Assembly: GCA_963575745.1 (NCBI GenBank)
Contig: CAUYUJ010000225.1
Coordinates: 62,001 to 126,000 of the forward strand
Length of the DNA stretch: 64,000 nucleotides
Direction: 5' to 3'
Source of the DNA: Prorocentrum cordatum
Taxonomy: Eukaryota
Under the pieces are notes generated by a model. The model saw only the letters and a list, made by a program, of their open reading frames with translations. It searched no databases and had not been told where the DNA came from. A program made the position numbers and the translations under genes. Positions within the stretch are counted from its first letter, which is position 1; every line of letters begins with the position of its first letter. Below are positions 36,031-52,142 of this stretch, in pieces.

Positions 36031-36319
36031 CTACGCACTTCGAGCCAACGCGTCGGAGTGTACTGAAAATGAAGCAACATGGTGGAAGGGGAAGCAGGAG
36101 AAGCGGAGGATGTTGAGGACGAGGTGGGAGGGCTTGAAGGAAAGGTGAGGATCATGTTTTAGTTCCCAGGGTCGCTGAAGGAAGAGTATAAGAAGGCGGT
36201 GACGGGGGAGAGAGGAGAGGAGGAGGAGGACCAGGAGAGTGCGGCGGGGGAGAAAGGTGGACAGAGGGAGGAGAAGGAGGACGAGGAGAGGGAGAAAGAG
36301 GAGACAAAGGAGGTGGGCT

Positions 36320-38200
36320 CCTGAGACGAGAGGGACACTGCGCATCAAATTGTGGTTCCCCAAACCCTGAAGCCTGTCGTGGGAGCTCTTTGGGGCCCCC
36401 TGGGTGTGTCTTGTGGCGCCTTTGTGTCTTTGGGGAGCTTGGATATGAGTCTCAGATCTGGGGCCCTTCAGAAGGCAGCGGAGAAGGAAGACAGCGAACT
36501 ACAGGAGAGAGAGGAGCAGGAGGAGGAAGAGCAAGAGGAAGCCTTGTCGTAGGCCCGTGGTGGGGTCTTCTTGGACCGCCAGGAGTATTCGTGGGTTTCA
36601 GGGGAGCTGGGTGATTAGAAGTTGGGGTCTGGGAGTACTGTTTTGTTCTCGCGAGTGTTCCGGGGCTTCATGAGGACGGAAGGAGAAACGCGCATTCAAA
36701 TTGTGGTTCTCCAGACCCTGGAAGCCTGTTTTCGGGATCTCTTGGGCCCACGCAGTGTGTCTTGTGGCGCCTTTGCCCTGAAGTGTCTTTGGGGAGCTTG
36801 GATATGAGTCTCAAGCTGGGGCCCTTCTCAGGAAGCAGCGCAGCAAGGAAGACAGCGAATTACAGGATGAGAGAGGAGCAGGAGGAGGAAGAGCAAGAGG
36901 AAGCCTTGTCGTAGGCCCGTGGTGGGGTCTTCTTGGGCCGTCCAGGAGTCTCGTGGGTTCTTCAGGGGAGCTGGTGATAGCAGTCTGGGGTCTGGGGTAT
37001 GTTTTAGTTTTCGCGAGTGTTGTGTGGGCTTCTCAGACGAAAGGAGAACTGCGCATCAAATTGTGGTTCCCCAGACCTTGGAAACCTGTCGTGGGATCTC
37101 TTTGGGGCCCCCGAGGTGTGTCTTGTGGCGCCTTGGTGTCTTTGGGGAGCTTGGATATGAGTCTCAGATCTGGGGCCCTTCAGAAGGCAGCGCAGAAGGA
37201 AGACAGAGAACTACAGGAGAGAGAGGAGCAGGAGGAGGAAGAGCAAGAGGAAGCCTTGTCGTAGGCCCGTGGTGGGGTCTTCTTGGACCGTCCATGAGTC
37301 TCGTGGGTTCTTCAGGGGAGCTGGTGATAGCAGTCTGGGGTCTGGGGTATGTTTTAGTTCTCGCGAGTGTTCCGTGGGATTCTGAGACGGAAGGAGAACT
37401 ACGCATCAAATTGTGGTTCCCCAGACCCTGGAAGCCTGTCGTGGGATCTCTTTGGGGCCCCCGAGGTGTGTCCTGTGGCGCCTTGGTGTCTTTGGGGAGC
37501 TTGGATATGAGTCTCAGATCTGGGGCCCTTCAGAAGGCAGCGGAGAAGGAAGACAGCGAACTAAAGGAGAGAGAGGAGCAGGAGGAGGAAGAGCAAGAGG
37601 AAGCCTTGTCGTAGGCCCGTGGTGGGGTCTTCTTGGACCGTCCAGGAGTCTCGTGGGTTCTTCAGGGGAGCTGGTGATAGCAGTCTGGGGTCGGGGGTAT
37701 GTTTTAGTTCTCGCGAGTGTTCCGTGGGCTTCTGAGACGGAAGGAGAAAACTGCGCATCACATTGTGGTTCCCCGGACCATGGAAGCCTGTCGGGGGATC
37801 TCTTTGGGGCCCCCGAGGTGTGTCTTGTGGCGCCTTGGTGTCTTTGGTGAGCTTGGATATGAGTCTCAGATCTGGGGCCCTTCAGAAGGCAGCGGAGAAG
37901 GAAGACAGCGAACTACAGGAGAGAGAGGAGCAGGAGGAGGAAGAGCAAGAGGAAGCCTTGTCGTAGGCCCGTGGTGGGGACTTCTTGGACCGTCCAGGAG
38001 TCTCGTGGGTTCTTCAGGGGAGCTGGTGATAGCAGTCTGGGGTCTGGGGTATGTTTTAGTTCTCGCGAGTGTTCCGTGGGCTACTGAGACGAAAGGAGAA
38101 CTGCGCATCAAATTGTGGTTCCCCGGACCCTGGAAGCCTGTCGTGGGATCTCTTTGGGGCCCCCGAGGTGTGTCTTGGCACCCCTGGTTGCTTTTGGGGA
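36320..38200. repeat. Tandem satellite, ~350-bp unit, about 5 copies
   Basis: Anchor cgcatcaaattgtggttcc recurs near 36341, 36691, 37052, 37402, 37754 and 38104. Confidence 0.95.
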
Positions 38201-38330
38201 GCTTGTGATAAGAGTATGTGGTCTGGGGCTTTTGACGAGGCAGCGGAGGAGGAAGACAACGAACTACAGGAGGAGCAAGAGGAGCAGGAGGATAAAGAGC
38301 CGGAGGAGGAGGAGCAGCAGAAGGCGGTTG

Positions 38331-38498
38331 GGAGGAGATTTCCGAAGAGTTGGTGTCGAGAGTTAGGTTGGAACCTTCTTGGACTTTCTTGGGGATGTCT
38401 TCAGAGCCTCGAAGGAGGAGATTTCCGAAGAGTTGGTGTCGAGAGTTAGGTTGGAACCTTCTTGGACTTTCTTGGGGATGTCTTCAGAGCCTCGAAGG
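38331..38498. repeat. Direct tandem duplication of ~83 bp
   Basis: ggaggagatttccgaagagttgg...gagcctcgaagg occurs twice. Confidence 0.9.
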
Positions 38499-39576
38499 GG
38501 CAGCTGGAGGAGGATCAGGAGAAAACCTCCTGAGAAAATGAGTATCAGTTTTCGTATCCCGGAGTCGGTGGAGGCAAATGAGGAGAGGGCGATGGAGGAG
38601 GAGGAGGAGGAGGACGAGGAGGAGGAGGAAGGCGACGAGTTCGAGGGAAGAAGGAGGTTGAGGCGGGGATGAGGGGCAGAGAGGGGGAAACGGAGGAGGA
38701 GGAGGTAGAGAAGGACGAGAGATGGGCTGTCGGACGTCCGAGTAGGTCATGCCGAGAGTTATCTTGGAACCCTCTTGGGCTCTAGTGGGGATGTCTGCAG
38801 GGCCTCATGTGCCGTCTTGGGGCGAGGTTGAGAAGAACTAGGGGCGATGGGGGGGTCCGCTCAGGTCAATCAGAGTGTAAAGAATTTGACGGCTCTAAGA
38901 CTGAGTGGAGCTCCTGTTGGTGCTTTTGTATACCATCGGAGGGCCTTCTTGGGCTGTCCTGGGGCCCTCGTGGGCTGTCTGGGGGGGCTTGGGCCGTCCT
39001 GGGGCCGTGTTGGGGCTCTGTCGGGCCCTCTCTGAAGCATCCCGTGACTCTGTTGGAGCCCTCTTGGGGGTCTTTTAGGGGTCTCTTGGGCGCTCCCTGG
39101 CTTTCTTTGCGCTTTATTGACCCATCTTGGGGCCCCATTGGGCCGCCTGGAAACCATTTCGGGGCGACCTCGGAAGCTCGCAGATCATTATTGGGCCGTT
39201 CGTGGCCAGAAAAGGCGAGAAGCACAGAATCGTTCAAAAATAAATGGAAAATTAAGGTTTTTGGCCTGCTGAGGCCGTGTTGGAGGTCTTTGCGGGGGCA
39301 TCCTGGACAGTCTTGAGCCCATGTTTGGTTCTGTTGGGGCACTATGGGGCCGTCTTGGGGCCTCTTGGGCCTTGCAGAGGACGTCTCGGAAGTGCCTTCT
39401 GCTGTCTTGGGCTCCCGATGTAGGCCTCGTGTCGCTCTCTTCGGGGTATTTTGGGCCGTCTCGAAGCATTGTGGGGCTCTCTTGGGAGTCTGTGGGGTTC
39501 ATCTGGGGTCCATGTGGGGGGGGGGTGTCGGTGACATGCCGGTTTTTTCCTTGTAGTTTGATAGGTAGAAGAAAAA

Positions 39577-39639
<63 letters not shown>

Positions 39640-39828
39640 GTGTATGTGTATATGTATATGTCTATGTCTATGTCTATGTCTATGTCTATGTCTATGTCTA
39701 TGTCTATGTCTATGTATTTGTATGTATGTATGTATGTATGTATGTATGTATGTATGTATGTATGTATGTATGTATGTATGTATGTATGTATGTATGTATG
39801 TATGTTTATATATATGTATATATATATA
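39577..39828. repeat. (TATATG)n/(TCTATG)n/(TATG)n microsatellite
   Basis: Visible. Confidence 0.97.
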
Positions 39829-40229
39829 TTCCCTTTTCTATATTTTTACCATCCCCGGGGGGGTGGAAAAAACCCTTCTCCTCCCCCCAAAAAAAACAAC
39901 GGGACCACCCAGATCCGTAGCCCTGGGGGCGTCCCGTACGCCCCTGCAAAAAGCCCCCCGGACTTTCCAGGGCTCCTGGAAGCCCCTGCCCGGCCTGAGC
40001 AAGTGGCCCAGATCGGTCACCAGAGCTGCCGAAGGGCCCCGCAAGAGCCCCAAGAGGCTTCAGACACCCACCGGACGCCCGATGACGACCCCCCCAAAAA
40101 ACCAAGAGGCTTCCGAGCCACAAATACTGTTACCGAGGGAACCCGCGTACCTATTGATGTGTCCTGTGTACCATTGGTACAACTCCTATTAGCGTTACCA
40201 CCACAACCACTACTACTACCACGCTGCAA

Positions 40230-43045
40230 TTTTTATTCTCTTGCACAGGGTGTCTAGAGCTCCGACGACTGTATTTCGGCACGGCACCAGTCGATGCAGC
40301 TTCCCCCATAGGCCTCCACCTCCCAGCGCGCCCTCTCCTCATCTACTTTCTAGAGCAGCCATGCCGTAGCATCCCCTCGGCCATTTGCCTCCCTCACCCG
40401 CCAGCCAGCGAAGCCAGCCCGGCAGCCAGCGCGCCCTTTCGGCACAGGTCCCACCAGCCAGCGCGCCCCCTCCGCCCCGACCGCTTTATTTCGCGCATCC
40501 CCTCCGCCCCGACCGCTTTACTTCGGCACGGCACCGGTCCCACCAGCCAGCGCGCCCCCTCCGCCCCGACCGCCTTATTTCGACACGGCACCGACCCGTC
40601 TCCCCCACCAGCCAGCGCGCTCCCTACGCCCTGATCGCTTTAGTTCGGCACGGCACCGCCCCCCCCCTCCGCACTCCCAGCGCAGCCAGCCCCTCCGCCT
40701 CGACCCCACCGCGTTCACTCCGCCACGACCGCTTTATTTCGGTACGGCACCAGTCCCACCAGCCATCGCGCCCCTCCGCCCCGACCGCTGTCTTTCGGCA
40801 CGGCACCGCCCCCCCCTCCCCCACCAACCTGCGCGCCTCCTCCGCCCCGACTTCTTCATCCACCTGCCATCGCGCCCCCCTCCGCCCCGACCGCTGTATT
40901 TCTGACACTGCCCCCGTCCCACCAGCCAGCGCGCCCGCTCCGCCCCGACCGCTTTATTTCGGCACGGCACCGCCCCCCCTCCCCTACCAGCCAGCGTGCC
41001 CCCTCCGCCCCGACTTCTTCATTTACCAGCCAGCGCGCCCGCTCCGCCCCGACCGCATTATTTCGGCACAGCACCAGTCCGACCAGCCAGCGCGCCCCCT
41101 CCGCCCCGACCCCTGTATTTCGGCCACCGGCACAGTCCCGCCAGCCAATCGCGCCCCCTCCGCCCGACCGCTGTTTATTCGGCACGGCGCAACGTCGGTT
41201 TCCACAACCAAACCTGCGCGCGTTCTCAGCCCCGACTTTCTTCATCCACATCGCCAGCGCGCCCGCTCCGCCCCGACCGCTTTATTTTGCACGGCAACAG
41301 TCCCACCAGCCAACGGCCCCCTCCGCCCCGACCGCTTATTTCGGCACGGCACCGCTTCCGCATTCCAAGACTCAGCGCCGCAACCCCTGCGCAGCCAGCC
41401 CCTCCGCCTCGACCCCGTCGCGGGCCCACGCCCCGACCGCTACTAACCCCCCCCCCGCACCCCCCGCGCAGCCAGCCCCTCCTCCTCGACCCTTTTATTT
41501 CGGCACGGCACCGTGCCCTAGCCAGCGCGCCTATCCCGCCCCCTCCGCCCCGATTTCTTCATCCACCAGCCAGCGCGCCCGCTTCGCCCCGACCGCTTTC
41601 CTTCGGCACGGCACTGGTGCGACCCGTCAGCGTTCCGCCCCGACCGCTTTATTCTCTTGCACAAGGTGTCTAGTGCTCCGACCACTTTATTTCGGCACGG
41701 CACCGCCCCCCCCATCCCGCGCCCCACCTCCGCATCACCCCGACCACCAGCCAACGCGCTCCCTCCGCCCCGACCCTTCTATTTCGGCACGGCACCGCCC
41801 CCTGCCCATACCGCACACCCTTTCGGCATCGCCCCACCCACCAGCCAGCGCGCCCCCTGCGCCCCGACCCCTTGGCGGGACATTGCCGCCCCCATCCCGA
41901 ACGCCCCCTCTGCATCGCCCCGCCCACCAGCCAGTGCGTTCCCTCTGCCCCGACCCTTCTATTTCGGCACGACACCGCCTCCCCCATCCCGAGCGCCACC
42001 TCCATCACCCACCCACCAGCCAGCGCGCCCCCTCCGCCCCGACCCCTTTAGTTCGGCACGGCACCGCCCCCGTCCCATCCCGCGCGCTCCCGCCGCATCC
42101 CCCACCCACCAGCCAGAGCGCCCCCTCCTCCACGACCGCTTCATATCGGCACGGCACCGCCCCCCCTTCCTGCGCGCATCTTCCGCAGCCCCACACCGAC
42201 CAGCCAGCGCGCGCCCCCCTGACTATAAACCCTCCGCATCCTCCCACCTACCAGCCAGCGCGCCCACTTCGGCCCGCGCCCCCTCCGCATCCCCCCATCC
42301 GCCAGCCGGCACGCCCCCTCCGCCCCGATGCCTTTATTTCGACATGGCACCGCCCCCGCCGCCCGCACCCTTTTCCTTTCGGCACGGCACCGCCCCCCTC
42401 CCATCCCGCACGCCCCTTCCACATCACCCATCCCCGCCAGCCAGCGCGCCACCTCCGCCCCGACTTATGCCCCCCCATCGCGCGCGCCCCCTCTGCATCA
42501 TCCCACGCACAAGCCAACGCGCCCCCTCCGTCCCGACCGCTCTTTTTCGGCACGGCACCGCCCCCCTGCCATCTCGCGCGCCCCCTCTGCATGCTCCCAC
42601 CCGCAAGCCAGAGCGCCCCTCCGCTCCGGCCCCTTTATTTCGGCACGTCACGCATCCCGCTCGCCTCTTCGGCATCCCCCACCTACAAGCCAGCGCGCCC
42701 CCTCTGCCCCCACCCCTTTCTTTTGGCACGGCCCCGCCCCGCCCCGACCCTCGGCTAGGGGCCCTCCGCATCCTCCCACCCGCCAGCCAGCGCGCCCCCT
42801 CCGCCCGCGCCCCCTCCGCACCCCCCCACCCGATAGCCAGCTCGCCCCCTCCGCCCCGACCCTTCTGTTTTGGCGCGACACCGCCCCCTTCGCCCTGAAC
42901 GAATTATCTCGGCACGGCACCGCCTCCCCCACCCCGGGCGCCACCCCGTGCATCCCCCCATCCACCAGCCAACGCGCCCCCTCCGCCCAAACATTTTTAC
43001 TTCTGCACGGCACCGACACTAGCCAGCGCGCCCCCTCCGCCTGCT
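40230..43045. repeat. C-rich minisatellite (CCAGCCAGCGCGCCCCCTCCGCCCCGACCGCTTTATTTCGGCACGGCACCG) in two blocks
   Basis: Dozens of diverged units. A shared head ttattctcttgcaca.ggtgtctag occurs at ~40232 and ~41649. Confidence 0.93.
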
Positions 43046-43096
43046 CCCCCGTCCTTCCTGTGCAAGAGCCATGGCACGCGGGCCACTTGTTACGAG

Positions 43097-45600
<2,504 letters not shown>

Positions 45601-46269
45601 GCCCCTTTCCTCCCGTCCCCTATCTTCACTTCCCCTCCATCCATCCATCCATCCCGGGTGAAGAAGGTTCGAGAAAGAGGAGGCTGGAGGTTCGAAGAGG
45701 TGTGCCCCAGATGCCGGACTCTGGGAAGCTTCTTACCCCATGCGCAGCTCTCTGGCGTCGAGAAAGTACCACGCCGGCCACGCCCTGGAAGCCTGAAACG
45801 GATAGCACTGCGCACACCCTGTGGCGTCGCGAGGGTGCCACTCCTGCCACGCCCTGCGAGCGTGTCACGGATAGAGGCCGCCCTGAGGACCAACCGCTGC
45901 GCACCCCTTGTGGTGTCGAGAAAGTGCCACTCCTGCCACGCCCTGCGAGACTGTTGCGGATAGAGGCCGCGCTGGGGGACCAACCGCTGTTCACTCCTAG
46001 TGGCGCTGTCAGGAATCTGGATCATCGACTATGTATGACATGCCGAATATCAAGATTTTCTGACATCCAATCACCACATAAGACTAAGTATAATCAACCT
46101 TTGTTCTTAAGTGAACTGCGTGAGTCTGTTTATGAATGAGGCTGACCAGGGAGGAAGCTGACTGTGAGTGGGCTGAGTGTAAGGGTCTAGAGTGCCGCGG
46201 GGGGGGGGTGCGGCCGGTGCGGGGCAGAGGACCGACTCAGCCAAACCGTGCTGCTTGTTTTGAAACCTC

Positions 46270-49200
46270 CTAGATGGGGTCGGGGTAGATGGGGGTGGAG
46301 GATCGCGCCGTATCGCCGATACATCGCCGATGTCTCGGCGATGCATCGGCGATGCACCGGCGACGTCGGCGATGCATTGGCGTCGTCGGCGTGGGGAAAC
46401 ACGGGCTCCACATCGAGCCGCATCGGCGATGCATCGGCGATGCAGCGCGATCCTCCGACCCCATTTGCTCCGACCTGGCCCAAATCTTTTTAGTCCCGAA
46501 CGTCTCGCCCGGACGGATGCGGATGGAACTGCTCGCCCTCGCCGCGCTGCCGGCGCGGCCCGCGCCGCCCCGGCTCGGCGACGTCGCCGCCGCGCGCGGC
46601 GTGGCGGAGGGCGCGGCGTGGCCCGGCGAGAGGTGGCCCCGGGCCGCCGGGCCGCTCTGCACCGACGGGGCGGGCCTCCTGGCGCCGCCCTTGGCCTGCA
46701 GCGAGGTGACGGAGCCGCCGCCGCGCGAGGCGACGGAGGCGCCGCCGCGCGGGCTGCCCAGGCTGCCGCGGGACGAGGCGGAGAGCGCCCGGCCGCTCCT
46801 CGCGGGCTCCTGCGGGCTGCGCGGCGACAGCAGCCGCACGGAGGCCGCGGTCAGCGACGCAGGCGCCCTCGGCGAGGCGGCGCCGCGCGGCGAGGAGGCG
46901 CCGAAGGGCGCGCGCGCCGCGGCGGGCGCCGCCAGCCGCGAGGGCCCGCCGCGCCCCGCCTCGGGGAGCGCCGCGAAGGAGCGCCGCGCGGGCGCGCCGC
47001 GCGGGGAGCCCGGCCCCACCGCCGCGGGCGCGCCGGCCGCGCGCAGGGCCTCGAGCTCGAGCGCCTGCGCGGACAGCCGCTCGCGGGCCCGCGCCAGCTC
47101 CTCCCGCAGCGCCGCCGCCTCCGCCTCGGCCCGCGCCGCCTGCGCGGCGGCCTGCCGCACCCGCCGCGCGGGCCCCGGCTCGCCGGCCTCCTGGGGGCCC
47201 TCCACGGTCGGGATCTGCAGCTCCAGGCTCCACGGGTCGGGGTCGCCGGGCTCCCCCCACGGCGCCGGCCGGGCGTCCACCTCCCGGCGCAGGTCGCGGA
47301 GCGCCTCCAGGCGCGCGCGGAACTCCGCCTCCGACCACACGGCGCAGAGGGCGTTGGAGCCGGAGTCTGGTTGGGCCCACTGCGGCCCCGCGCGGGTCAC
47401 GTCGTCGGGCAGCTCGGTGCGCCGCAGCACCACGGCCAGCTCGTTCTCCTTGTCGGACCCGGTGATGTCGTAGAGGACGCGGACCTCAAAAGCCATCTCG
47501 AAGTCCTTGTCGTCGCGCATCTCCTCTGTCGTCTCGTTGGCCTCGTCCGTCAGTCTCTTCAGGTCCTGCAGGCGCCGCAGCACCCCCGCCGCCCTCTCGG
47601 CGCCGATGCGGTCCTGCAGGTGGGAGACGTACTCCTTGGCCATCAGGCTCTGCGTGCTGTTCTCGACCGTGATTTGGTCGACGATGGACATGACCTTCTC
47701 CCTGTGGGGATTCCGTGCCTCTGGGATCACCACCTGGAAGCAGTGCGCAAGCCCCACGCGCAGCCTGTCCCCATCCTCGAGGCGAGCTTGCCCCACCACG
47801 CGTCCCATGTTCACCGAGACCTCGGCCAGCGATCTCGTCCCCGCCTCCGAGCGCCGGTTCGGCATGCTCATCGTCTTAGGCAGCTCCCCTCCTGGTGCGA
47901 CTCCGCCTTGGCCGATCGGACGGAGGGAGCCAGCAGTAGGCAACAAGGGGGACTGCGACGGCTGCTGGCTGGAGCGGTGCACCTCCAGCGTGCAATTGTC
48001 GACGCAACGCACGGAGCAGGTCTCGGGTTGGGTGCCCATGCCGTCTATGCAGATGTCGCAGGCAGGGTCGCTTCCGATCAGCAGCACCTTGCCAGGTGTC
48101 AGCCAGTACCGCATCCTGCCTGACAGCAGCGGGTCGTCGCAAACGGTGACGAGGTAGGGGCTCGCTGCGGCCGGACCACCTTCTTTGGATGCGGCGGATA
48201 AGCAGCTGCCCTCCACGTTCACGAGCTCCGACGTGGAGGCCAGCGAGACGTCCGTGCCTTCCCCTGGGGGCCAGCCGCTGATCTTCGCGAGGGTCATGCG
48301 CCGCTGCCGGTTCGCCTCCACGGCCAGCCGCCGCTCTGCGTCCCAGGAGCGCGTGAACTCCTGCTGGATGCCCTGGGTGGCCTGGATCTGATCCTGGATG
48401 TCTCTGCCCACGTCCGATGAGGCTGCCGTCGACTGGAGCTGCTGCTTCAGTGTCTCGATCTCAGCCTGCAACATGCGGATGAGGTCTGCCTCGAACTCCT
48501 CGTTCTGCACCGGCTTGGTGTGCAGCTTCTTGACGGATTCTGCGAAGCGGATCGTCGACTCCGTCATCTCTAGGCAATCGGCGCTGGGGGAGATGCAAGC
48601 CAACATGGCCGTCCTGCAATTGCCCATCAACGACCCAGACAACAAGAAGGTGAGCTTGCTGTTGCGGTAGGGGATGTGCGTATCGCTTTTCGCTCCCTTG
48701 TGCTCCCGCGCTGCCAAGCACGAGATCATGTGGCTCAGGGCAGCCAGGCTCTTGTTGATCTGCTGGCTCTCCTTCTGCCTCTGCTCGTTGTTGCCGAGCT
48801 GCTTCATCCTCTCGGAGCCCGCCAGGTCCACGGCGTGCAGGTGGGCCCGCCGAAGAGCCGCCTGGGCAGTGCCGACCACCTTCCTCTCCACGTGCAGCGT
48901 GACCACCGCGTGGGACCGCGACGAGACCGCGTTCATGTTCGTGCAGCCCACCACGCGGATCTTGTGCCCAAAGTCCAGGAGCTGCGACACGTCCGCCGCG
49001 CTCTGCACGGTGCTCTTGGTGAGCCCCTCGATGAACACGCCGAACCGGGGATGCTCCCGGATCTCCAGCGAGGCGGGCTCTCGGAGGCCCCGGCCCTGCG
49101 AGGGCGCGGCCTGGAGCAGGTCGCGGACCTTCTCGTTGTACAGCTCCAGGTACGAGAGCCGCACCATGTGCTCGTCCTGCGTCTCGCGGGCCAGCTGCAA

Positions 49201-50897
49201 GAACAGGCCCTCCGCGATGCGGGGCAGCAGCCTGGGAGACCCTCGCCGCGGCCGCGAGTCCACTCCCCCCCCCCGCCCCCTTCCCCTCTCCACCTCTCGG
49301 TTGCGGGAGGAACAGGAGGAGGAGGAGGTGGAGGAGGAGGAGGAGGAGGACCAGTGTAAACCCAAGAGCCATCAACGATGCTGGAATACACCCTCCCTCC
49401 AAGCTCCCTCTTCATAGGCCCCATACAACGGTTCATTTCCATTGAGGGATCTGCCTCGTTGGAAGACAACCGTTTGAAGAGCGTGCCAAAACATTGTTCT
49501 CGGGATTCCAACGCCACGGATCAACCTGATTGTTGCGTCTTGACGATCCTTGATCGGGCCAGACAGCCATTCTTGGGTTATTAACGCCGCGAATCAACGT
49601 AGCTGTTGCGCCTGCAAAACCCTGAATCATTCCAAAACACAATTTCTGGTACGTTGATCGTGGGAATCCGTGAATCCCTTGCAGTTTTTGAAAAAGAATG
49701 TGTGCGGCGATAAGGCGAGAACCACATGTTGAAAAAGAACCACCCTCAATCCGTGCAGCTCTTGCAAATTTTTAGAATGAGTGTGCGCGGCGCTACAGCG
49801 AGAACCACATTTTGAAAACGGGTGATCCTCAATCCGTGAAGCTCTTGCAATTTTTCAGTCGGAATGTGCGCCGCGCTGAAGCGAGAGCCACATATTGAAA
49901 ATGGGTGATGCTCAATTCGTGAAGCTCTTGCGAATTTATAGAAGGAACATGCGCGGCGCTCAGGCAAGGGCCACATTTTGAAAACGACCCGCCCTCCATT
50001 TGTGAACCTGTTGCCAATTTTTAATCTTCAGAATCATAAATGGTGAGGAAGTCTCAGGCGGAAAGCCCGGGCCGCCCTAAAAACTGGCTGGCTTCGGGGT
50101 GCGACAGGGAGACATCATTTACAAGGAACAGGAATGGAGGAGGAGGAGGAGGAGGAGGAGGAGGAGGAGGAGGAGGAGGAGGAGGAGGAGGAGGAGGAGG
50201 AGGAGAAGAGAAGGAGGAGGAGGAGGAGGAGGAGGAGGAGGAGGAGGAGGCGGAGGAGGAGGAGGAGGAGGAGGAGGAGGAGGAGAGGAGGAGGAGGAGG
50301 GGAAAAAACGAGGAGGAGGATTGAGGAGGCGGAGGAGGAGGAAGAGGAGGAGGAGGAGGAGGAGGAGGCGGAGGAGGAGGAGGAGGAGGAGGAGGAGGAG
50401 GAGGAAGAGGAGGATGATGAAGAGGAGAAAGAGGAGGACGAGGAGGTGGACCAGAACGACGCTGGAGCTGGGGATGCCTGGGGCCGGCTCCACTTGGAGC
50501 GAGGGGAGGAGAGGGGAGGGCGGTGGGCGGGGATTGGACTAGCGGGTGCAACGGTGGTGCCCCACAACCCCCGGTCCCCGCTCCCTCCGCCGAAGACGGT
50601 GTGGCTCTTGCCGGCGCCCGTCTGCCCGTACGCGAACACGCACCCGTGGAATCCGTTCACCACGCTCTGCACCACAGGCTGTCCGAGGTGCTCGAAGACC
50701 TGATCCTGCCCGCAAGCCGGGGCCAGCACGTGATCGAAGGAGTGCACGACGGGCTTTCTGCCCCGAGGCACCAACTGCAGGCTGCCCCCTCGCTCGCCTG
50801 CGCACCTCACTGCCTCGGAGGCTCCATTTCGCTTCTCGGTGGCGTTGATAGGTCGCACCCGAACGCACACCTTGATGCTGTCGTGGCCGGGCTGCAT
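46270..50897 (-). CDS. Kinesin-3-like motor protein (motor, coiled coil, FHA-like domain), join(50897..50569, 49231..46270), ~1096 aa
   Basis: IKVCVRVRP, FDHV, FAYGQTGAGKSHT, SYLELYNEKVRDLL, NAVSSRSHA, VDLAGSER, INKSL, HIPYRNSKLTFLL, then PYLV..DDPLLSG. A GT..CAG intron at 50568-49232 restores DRGLLPR. The start and the extreme C-terminus are less certain. Confidence 0.92.
46278..46475. mobile_element. Palindromic MITE-like element
   Basis: ~55-bp inverted arms ggtcggggtagatgggggtggaggatcgcgccgtatcgccgat.. / ..atcggcgatgcagcgcgatcctccgaccccatttgctccgacc. No TSD seen. Confidence 0.75.
49350..50135. repeat. Dispersed non-coding repeat family, copy 1 (in kinesin intron)
   Basis: Begins ccagtgtaaacccaagagccatcaacgatg and ends ..ggggtgcgacag..ggaatgg. 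Homologous to 60031-60603 and 60856-61288. Confidence 0.88.
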
Positions 50898-52142
50898 GTG
50901 GTCGCCGCCAGCTGAAGCGGAACCAGAGAGAGTGGCGGCGCTAGGGGCCCAAGCTGGCGAGCTGGGGCACCTGAGCCCATAGGCTGAAGTCTTATGCGCC
51001 AGCGAGCCTACAGGAGCGGGTGCGACCGTCGGCTCGTCCTCACAAGTCGGATTCACAGACGCAATCGCAAGCCGCGCATGCGCTTAAGATGTACACACGT
51101 GCTAGAGCCACGCGCGTGAAGCTCATAATTATCATTTCCAGACGCCTAGAAGTCACGGGACTGCGTTCCAGATCTCAGAAGTCCTGTTCTTTTCAGCGAT
51201 TATCTGGGCCCCAGAGCCCTCTATCCCGTCCCTGGGAGCTGTCTTTCGCTGCGGGCATTTTTTTGCTGGCCCCGAGGCCCGAGAAATCTCCCCACCAACG
51301 CCAAGCTTGTGGAAGAACGCCGGTCGCATATGTTGATTTGTTTGCTTGCTTTTTGGTTTCCCATACGTACGTGCTTACACACGTATGTTTACACATGCTT
51401 CATCTATTCGATGTGCTTATATTTATATATACATGTGTACACATATATGTATACACATCTATAATGTTAGACATATAGTTCGATATACTTATATCGAATT
51501 ATAAATAATATGCATATACGTAGATCGCGGTGCCTTCAGGGACTGCTGCTCTTCTTTCGCATTCCCAGACATCCAACATGCTTTTTATCGCGATGAGCCC
51601 CTCCAGACCTCTTGACACGATCCCTGGGGCTGATGTTCCGTCGCTGGTACTCTTTTGCTGCCCCCAGCGCCTGGCTGTGGCCTCGTGGAGCCCAAACTCA
51701 TGGAAAGTATACCGCCGTGATCTTCTCATGACGCTGGGGGTCTGGGCCTGGAAGCCTGGGGCCGTTGCCGTCTCCTCCTGACGGGCACGCTGGCCCGGTA
51801 GGTGGTGTCCTGCGGCGCGCAGAGGGGTGCCTTTGCGAGGGGAGATGCGGGCTTCCTGCAAGGGCGCGAGGGCTTCCAGAGAAGGCCTCCTCTCGGCGAG
51901 GCGCAGCCGCTGGAAGGCATCCTGGGGTTGGGGGAAAAACCAACAACCAACGAACACTCCCGAAAACCTCAAACCTCGAACCCCCCTGGCAGCCAAGGAG
52001 CGCGTCCCACTCCTCCCAAGAGCCGCTCCCCTCATCGCGCCGACCCCTCCGACTGCGCGCAGACGGCATGGGTGCAAACCTGTGCATGGACCCTCCGAGA
52101 GGCCGCTGCCACTTTCACGGAACGGAGCACGGCGGAAAGAAC

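Noticed and set aside
46289..48123. Plus-strand ORFs of 394 and 597 aa, and similar ORFs opposite LINE C
   Set aside because: Antisense shadows of GC-rich coding sequence.
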